Source: a virus
Taxonomy: Duplodnaviria; Caudoviricetes
Length of the DNA stretch: 64,000 nucleotides
Strand: one strand, 5' to 3'
IMG/VR virus record: IMGVR_UViG_3300049595_005065
The translations under genes were made by a program, and so were the position numbers. Below the pieces are notes generated by a model. That model made no database searches, was not told where the DNA came from, and saw only the letters and a program-made list of their open reading frames with translations. Positions 17,309 through 26,625 of the stretch are shown piece after piece. Position 1 is the first letter of the stretch. The number at the start of each line of letters is the position of its first letter.

Positions 17309-18331
17309 ATGACAATGACAGCCCCAAGCGTCGATCCGCTGAACGCGGTCCTGTACAACCTCCTCGAGCACAAGTTCGGCGAGGTGCGGATCGCCAACGA
17401 AGGCGCCTCGGCGCACATTCAGCGTCTCGCTGACCCGCTGCGCCCCGGACGCTTTGTCGAGCGCGGCCAGTGGGGCGAGTATTACTGCGTGAACTGCCCG
17501 TTCTGCGACGACCACCGCCACCGGCTCTGGGTCAATCACCTGTACGGGGCCGATTACGAGCACAACCGTCGCACCCGCACGCACCTGGCCACCTGCTACA
17601 ACGAGGACTGCATCGCCAAGCCCGGACGGCGCGAGCAGCTCGAGGACCTGATCTTCGGGGCGGGCAAGCCGGTCATCAAGAAGATCGCCATTCGTGCGCC
17701 CTCGGCGGAGGTCGTCCACAAGGCGGTCGCCGCCCCGGGCGAGATCTGCTCGATCGTCGGGCTGCCGGATTTTCACCCTGCGGTGCAGTACGTCCGCTCC
17801 CGGAAATTTGACCCGGCTGTGCTGGACGCAGACTTCCGTATCGGCGTCTGCACGTACGTAACCGAGCCTGCTTACCGGCTAATGTTCAACCGGCTCTACA
17901 TCCCCATCTACTTCAATGGGGAGCTGGTGAGCTGGCAGGGTCGCGCGGTGGGCGCCGCGGCCGTGCCGAAGTACTACAACTGTCCGGGCACCTCGAAGAG
18001 CCGCGTGCTCTACAACTACGACCGGGCGCGCGAGCAGCCCTACGTGGTCGTCGTTGAAGGCGTGCCCAGTGTCTGGCGGATCGGCGCCGCAGCCGTCTGC
18101 ACCTTCGGCAAGACGATGAGCCTCTGGCAGCAGATGACGATCAGCACGACCTGGGCGGGCAAGCCCGTTGTGCTGATGCTCGACAACGATGCCGAGACCG
18201 AGATGGAGCAGGGTATCAGCCTGCTCCGCCACCGCGGCGTCGACGTGCGCCCGGTCTACCTGCCGGACGCGCGTGATCCGGCGGACTACGCCCCGGACGA
18301 GATCCAGGGTTTGATATCTAATGTCCTCTGA
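17309..18331 (+). CDS. DNA primase (Zn finger + TOPRIM)
   Basis: CPFCDDH...CYNEDC zinc domain; VVVEG; MLDND; RDPADY. Confidence 0.88.
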   Translation: MTMTAPSVDPLNAVLYNLLEHKFGEVRIANEGASAHIQRLADPLRPGRFVERGQWGEYYCVNCPFCDDHRHRLWVNHLYGADYEHNRRTRTHLATCYNEDCIAKPGRREQLEDLIFGAGKPVIKKIAIRAPSAEVVHKAVAAPGEICSIVGLPDFHPAVQYVRSRKFDPAVLDADFRIGVCTYVTEPAYRLMFNRLYIPIYFNGELVSWQGRAVGAAAVPKYYNCPGTSKSRVLYNYDRAREQPYVVVVEGVPSVWRIGAAAVCTFGKTMSLWQQMTISTTWAGKPVVLMLDNDAETEMEQGISLLRHRGVDVRPVYLPDARDPADYAPDEIQGLISNVL

Positions 18332-18339
18332 GGAGTCCC

Positions 18340-18699
18340 ATGGGCAACCTGACCACACTGACGATCTATAACGACGGCATTGATCTGCTTCCCAAGCACG
18401 CCCAGGAGTTTGCGGTAGCCTTGCTCGAGGCCACCAATATTTCGGGTACGACGACGATCGCCGTGGGCAACTTCTGCAACCTTGTCAAGGTCCACCAGAC
18501 GCGACACGCCGATGAACGAACGACGTATGTTCACATGGGCAACACGGTTTGCGAGATGAATCCGTGGAGCGCGGAGACCAAGCGGCTGATGCGCGAGAGT
18601 CCCCAGTTCTTCGAGAAGATGCTCAAGTTCATGCGCGCTGAGGTAAAAGCATTGAGCGAAGAGTTCAAGCGAGTTCAGGAAGCCACGAGCACGCCATGA
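18340..18699 (+). CDS. Hypothetical protein
   Basis: GAGGAG RBS; coupled to the polymerase start. Confidence 0.65.
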   Translation: MGNLTTLTIYNDGIDLLPKHAQEFAVALLEATNISGTTTIAVGNFCNLVKVHQTRHADERTTYVHMGNTVCEMNPWSAETKRLMRESPQFFEKMLKFMRAEVKALSEEFKRVQEATSTP

Positions 18700-21600
18700 C
18701 GGCAGTAATGACGTTTCACCACCTGATGTCTCAGGCGTTCGACGACCCGGACAGCGCGGCGCTGGCCGAGGCGCTCTATCCGTTTCTCGACATGACGGGG
18801 CCAGGGATGCCGCAGCCCGGGCCAAACTTCATCGAGCACGCCAACCTGCTGGGCGACTCAATCGATCCGGCGCAGGTCAAAAAGAAGAAGCTCGAGCCGG
18901 GCGAGCACCTGCTGTATCTCTATCGCCGCGCGCTGTACGACGCGACCTTCTCGATGCCGATCCGCGTCAAGAGCGGGCAGAAGGTCTCGCAGTTCGTGCC
19001 GGGTCACATCTGGGGCAAGGCGGCCGAGAAGGCCTACGGCCCCAAGCCCGCCCGGGTCATGATCGTCTCGAAGATCCCCGGGCGGGACGAGATGGCCGAC
19101 GGCTGCGTGATGACCGGCCGGGTGGGGCAGCCGTTCATCGACGTGCTCGAGGATCTCAGCGTGCCACCCGAGGAATACCTCACCTGGTACACGACCTTTG
19201 CTTGCAAGTTCGGCTCGCCAACGCCCGACTCGAGCACCGTGCCCGCCGTCTGGCTTAAGGACTGCGCGCCGCTGCTGGCCCAGGAGCTGCGCCTGGTGCG
19301 CCCGGACTACATCCTGTGCCTGGGGCAAGAGGCGGCCAAGGCCGTGCTCAACACGCCAGGCAATGTCTCAAACCTCTCCGGGCGGGTGATGACCATCAAG
19401 GTCCCCGACCGCCTGGGCGAGCGCGAGATCAAGGTCATGACGGCCATGAACCCCGCGTTCATCCTCCGCAAGCCCGAGGCCTACGAGGACTTCCGCGGTC
19501 AGGTCCGGCGATTCGTGGACCTGATCCATGACCGGATGCAGGACACCGAGACGGTCGACCACGCGGACATCTACACCGAAGAAGCCCTGATCGAGATGGT
19601 CGACGAGATGATCGCCGACCCCGATCCCAACGCGAACATCATCGCCGTGGACTGCGAGTGGCACGGCGACTATCCGACGGAGGCTGGCGCTTATCTCAGG
19701 ACGATCCAGGTCAGCAACCGCGACAAGTGGGCGCGGACCATCGTGCTGCGCTACGACAACGGCGCGGAGGCGTTCCGACCCAATCTCGACGCAGCCCGCG
19801 TTCAACTGAACCGGCTGCTCAAGAGCACCCCAGACCGCAAGGTCCGGGTGGGCGGTCACTTCCTCCGCGCCGACTTGCCGTGGCTGCTCGACTTCGGCGT
19901 GGACTGCCGCGAGGAGTACGCCCCGGCGCCATCGCCCGACATCCGGACTGCGGGCGGCTGGGACACCAGCCTCCTCTACCACGCCTGCAACGAGACGGCG
20001 AAGTTCGGCCTGGACGACTGCTCGATGCGCTTCACGACGGCCCCGACCTACTGGGTCGAGCTCGACAAGTGGAAGAAGGCTTACCAGAAGCGCAAGAAGA
20101 TCAAGGCGAGCGAGATGGAGGGCTACGGCGTGATTCCGTGCTCGGTCCTCCACCCGTACGCCAGCTACGACGCCGACGTCACGCGGCGGATCATGATGAA
20201 GTTCTACGGCACCGACGGTACCGACGGGCTGATCGCCAAAGATATCTTTGGCAACGACTGCTGGCTGCCGTACTGGACGGCGCACCAGGCCAGCCTGGCG
20301 TTCCTCGAGATGGAGCAGACGGGCCTGGTGATCGACCGACCGCGCGCCGACGAGCTGACGACGCTCTTCATGAACACCCAGGACCGGTTGCTCGCGGAGA
20401 TTCGCGCCGACCTGAACTGGCCCACGTTCAACCCGAAGAGCCAGCCGCAGCTCGCCGTGGCCTTGTTCGGGCGGCAGTTCCTGAACCGCTACGCCAACAC
20501 GGTCACCGTGCCGGACGACGTGCGGCCGCTGGACCTGACGCCGGTGAAGACCACCGGCAAGCGCCCGACGCTCTGGAAGGAGCTGAACTACAAAACCCGA
20601 CGCGAGTCGGCCGTTCCCAGCACGGACAAGGAGAGCCTGGGCATTCTGGGCCATACGAACGCCACGGCGGCCAAGATCCGCGACTACAAGTTCATCTCGC
20701 AGGTCCTGGTCTCCGTGTTGCGCAAGCCCAACACCAACGAAGAAGGAGACTTCGAGACCAATGAGGACGGTCATTACACGTATGAAAAAGGCCTTATCGG
20801 AGCTATGCACTCCGACGGCAAGGTCCGTACGCACCTTTTTCAGACTAAGGAAACCGGACGGGCCAGCAGCTCCCGGCCTCCGCTACAGAATCTCAGTTCC
20901 CGGCGCGAGGACGACTACCGGCGGATCCTCGGCGAGTCCTACCGGCATCCCGTCCGCTCGATCCTTCGTGTACCCGAAGGCTGCGTTGGTATCGAGACGG
21001 ACCTCACGGGCGCGGAACTGGCGGTTCTCGCATGGCTCTCGCAGGATCAAAACTTTATTGAACACGTCCGCCGTAACCTTCTTCCCGAAGATCATCCGGA
21101 CCACTACGACATCCACTCGCGACAGGCCGTGAAGGCCTTCGCGCTCTCGGGCGTCGAGCCGACCAAGACCGGAATGAAGAACGCGGGGAAGAAGGGTTTG
21201 CGGGTGGCCGCCAAGAACGTGAACTTCGGCATTCCCTACGGCCGAGGTCCCGAGGCGATCGCCCGACAGTGCAAGGAGGAGGGCGTCGAGGTCACGGCCG
21301 AAGAGTGCCAGTTGATGATCGACGCCTACTTCGAGTCGTACCCCCGGACGAAGGACTTCCTGGCTGAATGCCGGGAGCGCAGTCAGATGCCCGGCTGGCT
21401 CGTGGGCCCCTACGGTCGTTATCGGCGGTTCATGCCCACGACGGACCGCGCCGTGATCGGGGAGCAGCAGCGCCAGGCGCAGAACTTTCCGATTCAAGGC
21501 GGCGTGGCGGATGCCGTGTCGCTGGCGCTCAACAACTTCTACCAGTACCGCCAGGCGCATCCCGAGATTCAGTACGACATTGCGCTGCAGATCCACGACG

Positions 21601-21833
21601 CGATCATGCTCATCGTTCCGATTGAGCACGCCGAGCGGGTCTACAAGGAGGTCGTGCCCAAGTGCATGATCGACGACGTGCCGTTCTGGCCGCGGCGCCT
21701 GGATGGGACGCTCATTCCAGTCAAGGAGCCGTACCACTTCGGCGCTGACCGGGAAGTGTTCGTCAGCTGGGGCGAGAAGCTAAAGCCTGACGCAGCAAAG
21801 ACTTTGGGCTTGAGTTGGTTGTGCGAAGACTGA
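18696..21833 (+). CDS. polA: Family A DNA polymerase with N-terminal UDG-like domain and 3'-5' exonuclease
   Basis: UDG-like block ARVMIVSKIPG..LRLVRPDYILCLG; Exo AVDCEWH and YASYDAD; motif A ETDLTGAEL; motif B RVAAKNVNFGIPYG; motif C QIHDA. Confidence 0.92.
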   Translation: MTAVMTFHHLMSQAFDDPDSAALAEALYPFLDMTGPGMPQPGPNFIEHANLLGDSIDPAQVKKKKLEPGEHLLYLYRRALYDATFSMPIRVKSGQKVSQFVPGHIWGKAAEKAYGPKPARVMIVSKIPGRDEMADGCVMTGRVGQPFIDVLEDLSVPPEEYLTWYTTFACKFGSPTPDSSTVPAVWLKDCAPLLAQELRLVRPDYILCLGQEAAKAVLNTPGNVSNLSGRVMTIKVPDRLGEREIKVMTAMNPAFILRKPEAYEDFRGQVRRFVDLIHDRMQDTETVDHADIYTEEALIEMVDEMIADPDPNANIIAVDCEWHGDYPTEAGAYLRTIQVSNRDKWARTIVLRYDNGAEAFRPNLDAARVQLNRLLKSTPDRKVRVGGHFLRADLPWLLDFGVDCREEYAPAPSPDIRTAGGWDTSLLYHACNETAKFGLDDCSMRFTTAPTYWVELDKWKKAYQKRKKIKASEMEGYGVIPCSVLHPYASYDADVTRRIMMKFYGTDGTDGLIAKDIFGNDCWLPYWTAHQASLAFLEMEQTGLVIDRPRADELTTLFMNTQDRLLAEIRADLNWPTFNPKSQPQLAVALFGRQFLNRYANTVTVPDDVRPLDLTPVKTTGKRPTLWKELNYKTRRESAVPSTDKESLGILGHTNATAAKIRDYKFISQVLVSVLRKPNTNEEGDFETNEDGHYTYEKGLIGAMHSDGKVRTHLFQTKETGRASSSRPPLQNLSSRREDDYRRILGESYRHPVRSILRVPEGCVGIETDLTGAELAVLAWLSQDQNFIEHVRRNLLPEDHPDHYDIHSRQAVKAFALSGVEPTKTGMKNAGKKGLRVAAKNVNFGIPYGRGPEAIARQCKEEGVEVTAEECQLMIDAYFESYPRTKDFLAECRERSQMPGWLVGPYGRYRRFMPTTDRAVIGEQQRQAQNFPIQGGVADAVSLALNNFYQYRQAHPEIQYDIALQIHDAIMLIVPIEHAERVYKEVVPKCMIDDVPFWPRRLDGTLIPVKEPYHFGADREVFVSWGEKLKPDAAKTLGLSWLCED

Positions 21834-21837
21834 ACGC

Positions 21838-21865
21838 TGGACTTTCTCCGGCGACACGCTAGACT
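21838..21865 (+). promoter_or_regulatory. Possible sigma70-like promoter
   Basis: TGGACT-N16-TAGACT in the intergenic region upstream of the AAAGGAG RBS of 21936. Confidence 0.35.
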
Positions 21866-21935
21866 CGGCTTCACCAGTAAACCGCAATTTCACGCGGTCA
21901 TTTGAAATTAGTTTTTTCCCTAAAGGAGAGCAGAT

Positions 21936-23360
21936 ATGCCTCGTTATGCAGCTCAGAATCTTGCCGCCATCGACCCCGAGTACCGCAAGGCCAACGGGAT
22001 CGGTTCGGGCGGCGGTGGCGATCCCACCAAGCGCCGTTACGCCTACGGCAAGCAGAACAACGTCCTGGTCGCCCAGGGCGCGGAGCTGTTTGCCAACGGC
22101 TTCACCATTCGGCTTCTGCCGATCTATGACGAGTCGGCCAAGGACGACGCGGGCAACCGCCAGTTCGTCAACTTCCGCGAGGGCCGCGACAACGCGGCCT
22201 TCGGCGACTGGGGCCGCCTCTACACCTGCGCCAACTGGGTGGGCAACCCGGGCGTGTGTTTCATCATTCACGACGGCAACCCCGACGTGAACATGTATGA
22301 CTCGCCCTACTACGTCCTCCGGAACATCGCCTACAAGAACCAAGACACGCCGGGCATCGGTCGGCTCTACGCCGAGCTGCTGTCGAAGAACTTCGTCCCT
22401 AAGAGCCACGTCGGCTCGCTCCGCAAGCCGGAGAAGACGCTGTTCGTGTCGGCCTCGGCGGTCGGCCTGGACGAAATGGGGCGCCCGGCGCTCCTGACGT
22501 TCGGCGACGATGAGAAGAAGAACGCCCGGATCATCGGCCTGAAGACCTCGGCCGCCCAGGCGCTCTACTCGGCGCTCGCCGTGCGCGACGAGCAGACGGG
22601 CGAGTATCTCTCGGGCGACATGCTCAGCTTCGGCCCCGCCAAGCTGATCACGTTCGTCAACGAGGGTTTCACCAACGGGCACAACGCCAAGAACGCGACG
22701 GCGCTCTCGGTGCAGGGACTCACGGGCGTCCAGGCGCCCAAGTACGCCCAGCAGCAGGCGCCGGTCATCGTGGGTAGCGCCGCGCAGCCCAGCTCGATGA
22801 CGCACCGCGTGGTGATCCACGACAGCTACAACGGCCACCCCGTCTCGCTCGAGCCCTACGCCGAGCAGATCGTGGCCGAGACGCAGTCGTGGGACGAGTA
22901 CATGTTCCTCCCGACCTACGAGGAGCAGGCGGAGATGCTCGTGAAGGCCTTCCCCAAGGAGGCCCTGCAATTCGCCTGGCAGGAGCACCCGGAGTACCTC
23001 CGGACCCTGCCGCGCGGCACGACGACCGTCGAGGTCGGCGGTCGCGACGTCGAGGACCTGGAGGAGCCCGCAGCCCCTGCGCCGCGTGCTTCCGCCCAGC
23101 CTTTCTCGCCGCCGGTGAACCAGACCAAGGCCACCGGCGTGGCTCACGCGGTCGCCGCGGCGCACGACGTGCCGTTCGACGTGCCGTTCGACGTGCCGGG
23201 CGAGCTGTCCGCCGATGAAGCGGCCGGAGTCGACGGAATGTTCGCGGCCGCGACCGACAGCGCCCCGGCTGTTCAGCCGACGGCTACGCCGCGTCCGGCC
23301 TCCAACGTGGCCGACATCGTGGCCAAGGCCCGCGCCGCTGCGGCGTCGCGCGGCCGCTGA
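21936..23360 (+). CDS. Probable single-stranded DNA-binding protein (gp32-like by context)
   Basis: Lies between pol and recA; FTIRLLP motif; low-complexity acidic Ala/Pro tail with DVPF repeats. Confidence 0.5.
   Translation: MPRYAAQNLAAIDPEYRKANGIGSGGGGDPTKRRYAYGKQNNVLVAQGAELFANGFTIRLLPIYDESAKDDAGNRQFVNFREGRDNAAFGDWGRLYTCANWVGNPGVCFIIHDGNPDVNMYDSPYYVLRNIAYKNQDTPGIGRLYAELLSKNFVPKSHVGSLRKPEKTLFVSASAVGLDEMGRPALLTFGDDEKKNARIIGLKTSAAQALYSALAVRDEQTGEYLSGDMLSFGPAKLITFVNEGFTNGHNAKNATALSVQGLTGVQAPKYAQQQAPVIVGSAAQPSSMTHRVVIHDSYNGHPVSLEPYAEQIVAETQSWDEYMFLPTYEEQAEMLVKAFPKEALQFAWQEHPEYLRTLPRGTTTVEVGGRDVEDLEEPAAPAPRASAQPFSPPVNQTKATGVAHAVAAAHDVPFDVPFDVPGELSADEAAGVDGMFAAATDSAPAVQPTATPRPASNVADIVAKARAAAASRGR
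23165..23198 (+). repeat. 12-bp tandem repeat (2.8 copies) encoding DVPF-DVPF-DVP
   Basis: CGACGTGCCGTT twice plus CGACGTGCCG. Confidence 0.9.
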
Positions 23361-23460
23361 TCGCTCGTCTGTACGGCGTTGGGGTACGTACCCTGTCGCC
23401 GTTCTATTTACACCGTTTCGCCGCAGTGCTGCGTAGCCAGCGGCGTCTTTTGAGGGAGTT

Positions 23461-24837
23461 ATGGCAAAACGTAAGAAGGCGACGGAAGAAGAAGGAGTCG
23501 TGAGCCTCCAGACACGCAACGGGGAACACCCGGTGATCACGGAGGTCCTGAAGGCGAATGCCGAGGATCAGGATCCGCTTATCGGCCTGCCGTTGCCATC
23601 GTTGGCTGCGCGGTACTTGCTGCAGGCCAACATATTTCCGCTGTCCCGGTTCACGCAGCTCCGCGGCGAGTTTTCCGCGGGCAAGTCGGCCATGCTCATG
23701 GAGATCATGCGCTGGTTTAACGTGTACGGCGGCGGTGCCATCCTCATCGACACGGAGAATAAAAACTCCGAGACGATGCTCGACGGCATCATGGGCCACA
23801 ACGAGGACTACAAGCGGCGCACGTTCTGCGTGAAGGCCCAGAGCGTCGAGGACTGGCAGAAGAAGTACATGGGCTTCTGCCAGAAGATTCACGCCCAAAG
23901 CGACAACGCCGACCGGGCTTTCCCGGTTTGCATCGGCATCGACTCGATCTCGGCTGTCGAGGTCGACCGCCGCGTCGACAAGGTGGCCGAGGAGGGGCAC
24001 GCGGCGGCAGGGCATCCGTACCTGGCCCGCAATCTGTCGGACTTCATGCGCACCGCGCTGGTGCCCACGCTGCGGCACTACCCGATCGCGTTCGTGGCGA
24101 CCAACCACCTCAAGGAGGAGATCAACTCCATGGGGTTCGGTCCGCCCAAGAAGTACGCGCCCGGCGGCGCCAGCCTGGACTACTACCCAACCTTGATCCT
24201 GGACATGCAGCGCATTTCGCGCAGCACGCTCCAGGTCGGCCGGGCCGAGGGCCAGGCGGTGCGGATCACGGCCACTAAGAACAACCTGGGCGCCCCGGGC
24301 CGCAAGGTGGTGGTCAATCTCATGTGGTACAACGAGATCGTGTCTTGCAAAGACAAGTTCGGCAACGACTCGTTCAAGAATCAGCAGTTCCACTACTGGG
24401 ACTGGCACACCGCTTCGATCCGGCTCCTCATGGAGCTGCAGGACGAGAACAACAAGAAGCTCCCGGCGGGCATGGACCCCAAGCTTCCGGCCCTGCTGCG
24501 CCAGGTGTGCGATCTCGAGTACAAGCACGGCACCAAGAACGCCGACGTGCCGCTGGTCTTCTCGAAGGCCCTGGGCGTCTCCAAGCAGGAGGCCCTTAGT
24601 GAGGTCGAGATTGCCATGGTGCTCGAGAAGAACACCAAGGTCATGGGCGTGCTTCACGGCCTGCTGGGCGTGAACGACTACCTGGTGTGCGACCCCGCGG
24701 TGCGTTACCGCGAGCAGGTTCAGGCCGAGCTGGCCAAGCAAAACATTGTCGACGAGCCGGAGCTTCGCGCGGGCGAGTGTCGCGTGATGGCTGACGTGCT
24801 TCCGGCAGATTTTGATCCACTGGGCCAGGTGAGTTGA
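23461..24837 (+). CDS. recA: RecA/UvsX-like recombinase
   Basis: GEFSAGKS, IDTE, GIDSISA, ATNH, PGGASLDYY. Confidence 0.88.
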   Translation: MAKRKKATEEEGVVSLQTRNGEHPVITEVLKANAEDQDPLIGLPLPSLAARYLLQANIFPLSRFTQLRGEFSAGKSAMLMEIMRWFNVYGGGAILIDTENKNSETMLDGIMGHNEDYKRRTFCVKAQSVEDWQKKYMGFCQKIHAQSDNADRAFPVCIGIDSISAVEVDRRVDKVAEEGHAAAGHPYLARNLSDFMRTALVPTLRHYPIAFVATNHLKEEINSMGFGPPKKYAPGGASLDYYPTLILDMQRISRSTLQVGRAEGQAVRITATKNNLGAPGRKVVVNLMWYNEIVSCKDKFGNDSFKNQQFHYWDWHTASIRLLMELQDENNKKLPAGMDPKLPALLRQVCDLEYKHGTKNADVPLVFSKALGVSKQEALSEVEIAMVLEKNTKVMGVLHGLLGVNDYLVCDPAVRYREQVQAELAKQNIVDEPELRAGECRVMADVLPADFDPLGQVS

Positions 24838-25379
24838 TGGATCGTGAAGATTTTTTTAACAACCTACGCAATGAAGACACCGTCCAAGACGAGCTCCTCC
24901 GCGCCCAGCGGCAGCTTGGCTACGAAGAGCGCGTCATCAAGCGGGTCTTCGCAGAGTGTGGCATCAAGATTACTGGCTGGGGTCTTATGGCAAACCTATG
25001 CCGCCACGAGACCGGCAAAGACAAGCTGAACTTTGACTGGTTCAACACGGCGTTTCGCCGGTTCCCCGCCAGGCTATGCGGGCGGCGCATACCGCGGCTC
25101 CACGAGCTGACGCTCCACGACCTCTGCAAGCCGCTCGGGCAGAACCGCCTGGCCAAGTCGGTCGCCCGAGCGCTGGCCAAGGACGCGGTCGAAGGCGAGG
25201 ACAACAAGTACGTCTTCGTGTTTCCCGTGATTCGCACGTCGTTCTGCGCCCACAACCTGGATTACGCCGTGCCGGGCATGTCCCTGTCGCTGCGCGATCC
25301 GGACGGGAAGCTTATGCTGGCGGTCGGTCCCACGAAGTCTCTTTTCCAGACGATTGGAAAAGACTGGTTTGAGCTCTAG
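24837..25379 (+). CDS. Hypothetical protein
   Basis: ATG overlaps the recA stop. Confidence 0.65.
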   Translation: MDREDFFNNLRNEDTVQDELLRAQRQLGYEERVIKRVFAECGIKITGWGLMANLCRHETGKDKLNFDWFNTAFRRFPARLCGRRIPRLHELTLHDLCKPLGQNRLAKSVARALAKDAVEGEDNKYVFVFPVIRTSFCAHNLDYAVPGMSLSLRDPDGKLMLAVGPTKSLFQTIGKDWFEL

Positions 25380-25385
25380 GAGCAG

Positions 25386-26561
25386 GTGGCACGGATGTCT
25401 GGCGCGCCGACCCGATCCCGCTCGATCTTCGCCCCCGTCACCGCGCTGGCCTTCAACGGCCGCCAGTACGAGGACCTCAAGCAGTTTCTGACACAGCGCA
25501 GCGAGCAGACGCTCGTGGTGCCGATCTCCGACGTGGAGCAGCTTCTGCTTGCCGCGGACGGGCGGCTTGCCGAGAACGGCTACCGCTTCAACATCCTGGG
25601 CTTTCAGGCGCTGGCCAACGGCCTGGGGAGCGGACTGAGCAGTCTGTTCACCGAGCTAATCGGATACCACCAGACGCGCCACGTTCAGGAGTTTGAGCCA
25701 AATCTCCAGGCTGCCGTGAGCATCTTCAACACGGTGGTTCGGGCCCGCATCGAGACCGTCCGTGAGCGCACGCTGCTGGTGGACCAGCAGGCGCGCGTCG
25801 TGGAGGGTTTCCTGGGCTTGAACCACCGGATGCTCGACAACAGCAGCTTCCTGGAGAGCATCCAGACCGAGATGCAGGCCAAACAACCGCAGGCCCGCTT
25901 CCACCGGGCCGAGCTGCTCGGGCGCGAGCTGCGCGTCTTCTACATCGACCCGGCGACCCAGCGCAAAGATATCTATTCGGACTCCCGGCACTCGATCGCC
26001 GCCGGGTGGGCGTTCAGCAACAGCGAGGACCGCCAGAAGGCCGTCACCGCCGGGCTGTGCCTGTTCACCCGCTTTGGCGTGGCCTTGGAACGACCCAAGG
26101 CGAGCTTCCGCATGTCTCACGTCGGCGCCGACCTGGCGGGACGTGCCGCCATCCTGCTCTCTCGCGCCGCCGCCCGCGAGCTGGACGTGCCGACGGTGCT
26201 CTCGCAACTTGGTCGGCTCCAGACGACGCCCATGGGCTTCGTGGACGACACCGAGAAGTTCGACCGCACCGTGACCGAGTGGGTCCAGCAGCTGACCCGC
26301 CTGGGCGTGCTCCGCGATGACGCCAAGTCGATCGTGCGCAACGCTGCGATGGTCGGAGCGGATTTGACCGCCCGCGATCCGGTCGAGGTGTTCACGCGCA
26401 GTGGTTTGGGCGCGCGAACGGCGTACGACCTGATGTGCTCTCTGCTGCGGTACGCAAGTAACGAACCTTCCAAGTCCAAGGAGCGCCTGCAAATGGTGGC
26501 CATGGACATGGTGACCCCCAGACAAAGGAAGCGCAAAACTCAAAATGACCGACAACCCTAA
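25386..26561 (+). CDS. DUF932-like protein
   Basis: GFLGLNHRMLDNSSFL and AGWAFSNSE recall DUF932. Confidence 0.45.
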   Translation: MARMSGAPTRSRSIFAPVTALAFNGRQYEDLKQFLTQRSEQTLVVPISDVEQLLLAADGRLAENGYRFNILGFQALANGLGSGLSSLFTELIGYHQTRHVQEFEPNLQAAVSIFNTVVRARIETVRERTLLVDQQARVVEGFLGLNHRMLDNSSFLESIQTEMQAKQPQARFHRAELLGRELRVFYIDPATQRKDIYSDSRHSIAAGWAFSNSEDRQKAVTAGLCLFTRFGVALERPKASFRMSHVGADLAGRAAILLSRAAARELDVPTVLSQLGRLQTTPMGFVDDTEKFDRTVTEWVQQLTRLGVLRDDAKSIVRNAAMVGADLTARDPVEVFTRSGLGARTAYDLMCSLLRYASNEPSKSKERLQMVAMDMVTPRQRKRKTQNDRQP

Positions 26562-26567
26562 TTTGCC

Positions 26568-26595
26568 TTGACGCTATTTCGTCAGGGCGTACAAC
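26568..26595 (+). promoter_or_regulatory. Possible sigma70-like promoter
   Basis: TTGACG-N16-TACAAC upstream of the GGAGG RBS of 26626. Confidence 0.45.
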
Positions 26596-26625
26596 ACGTG
26601 ATCCATTTACCCATTGGAGGAATCC

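Noticed and set aside
23374-23404. Hairpin ACGGCG..GGGTACGTACCC..CGCCGT between the SSB-like gene and recA
   Set aside because: Single copy with no T tract or other support; probably an ordinary mRNA stability or processing hairpin.
13395-24837. Inteins, introns or stop-codon reassignment in replication genes
   Set aside because: The genes read through intact under code 11 with all motifs in order; no intein splice motifs or interruptions were seen.
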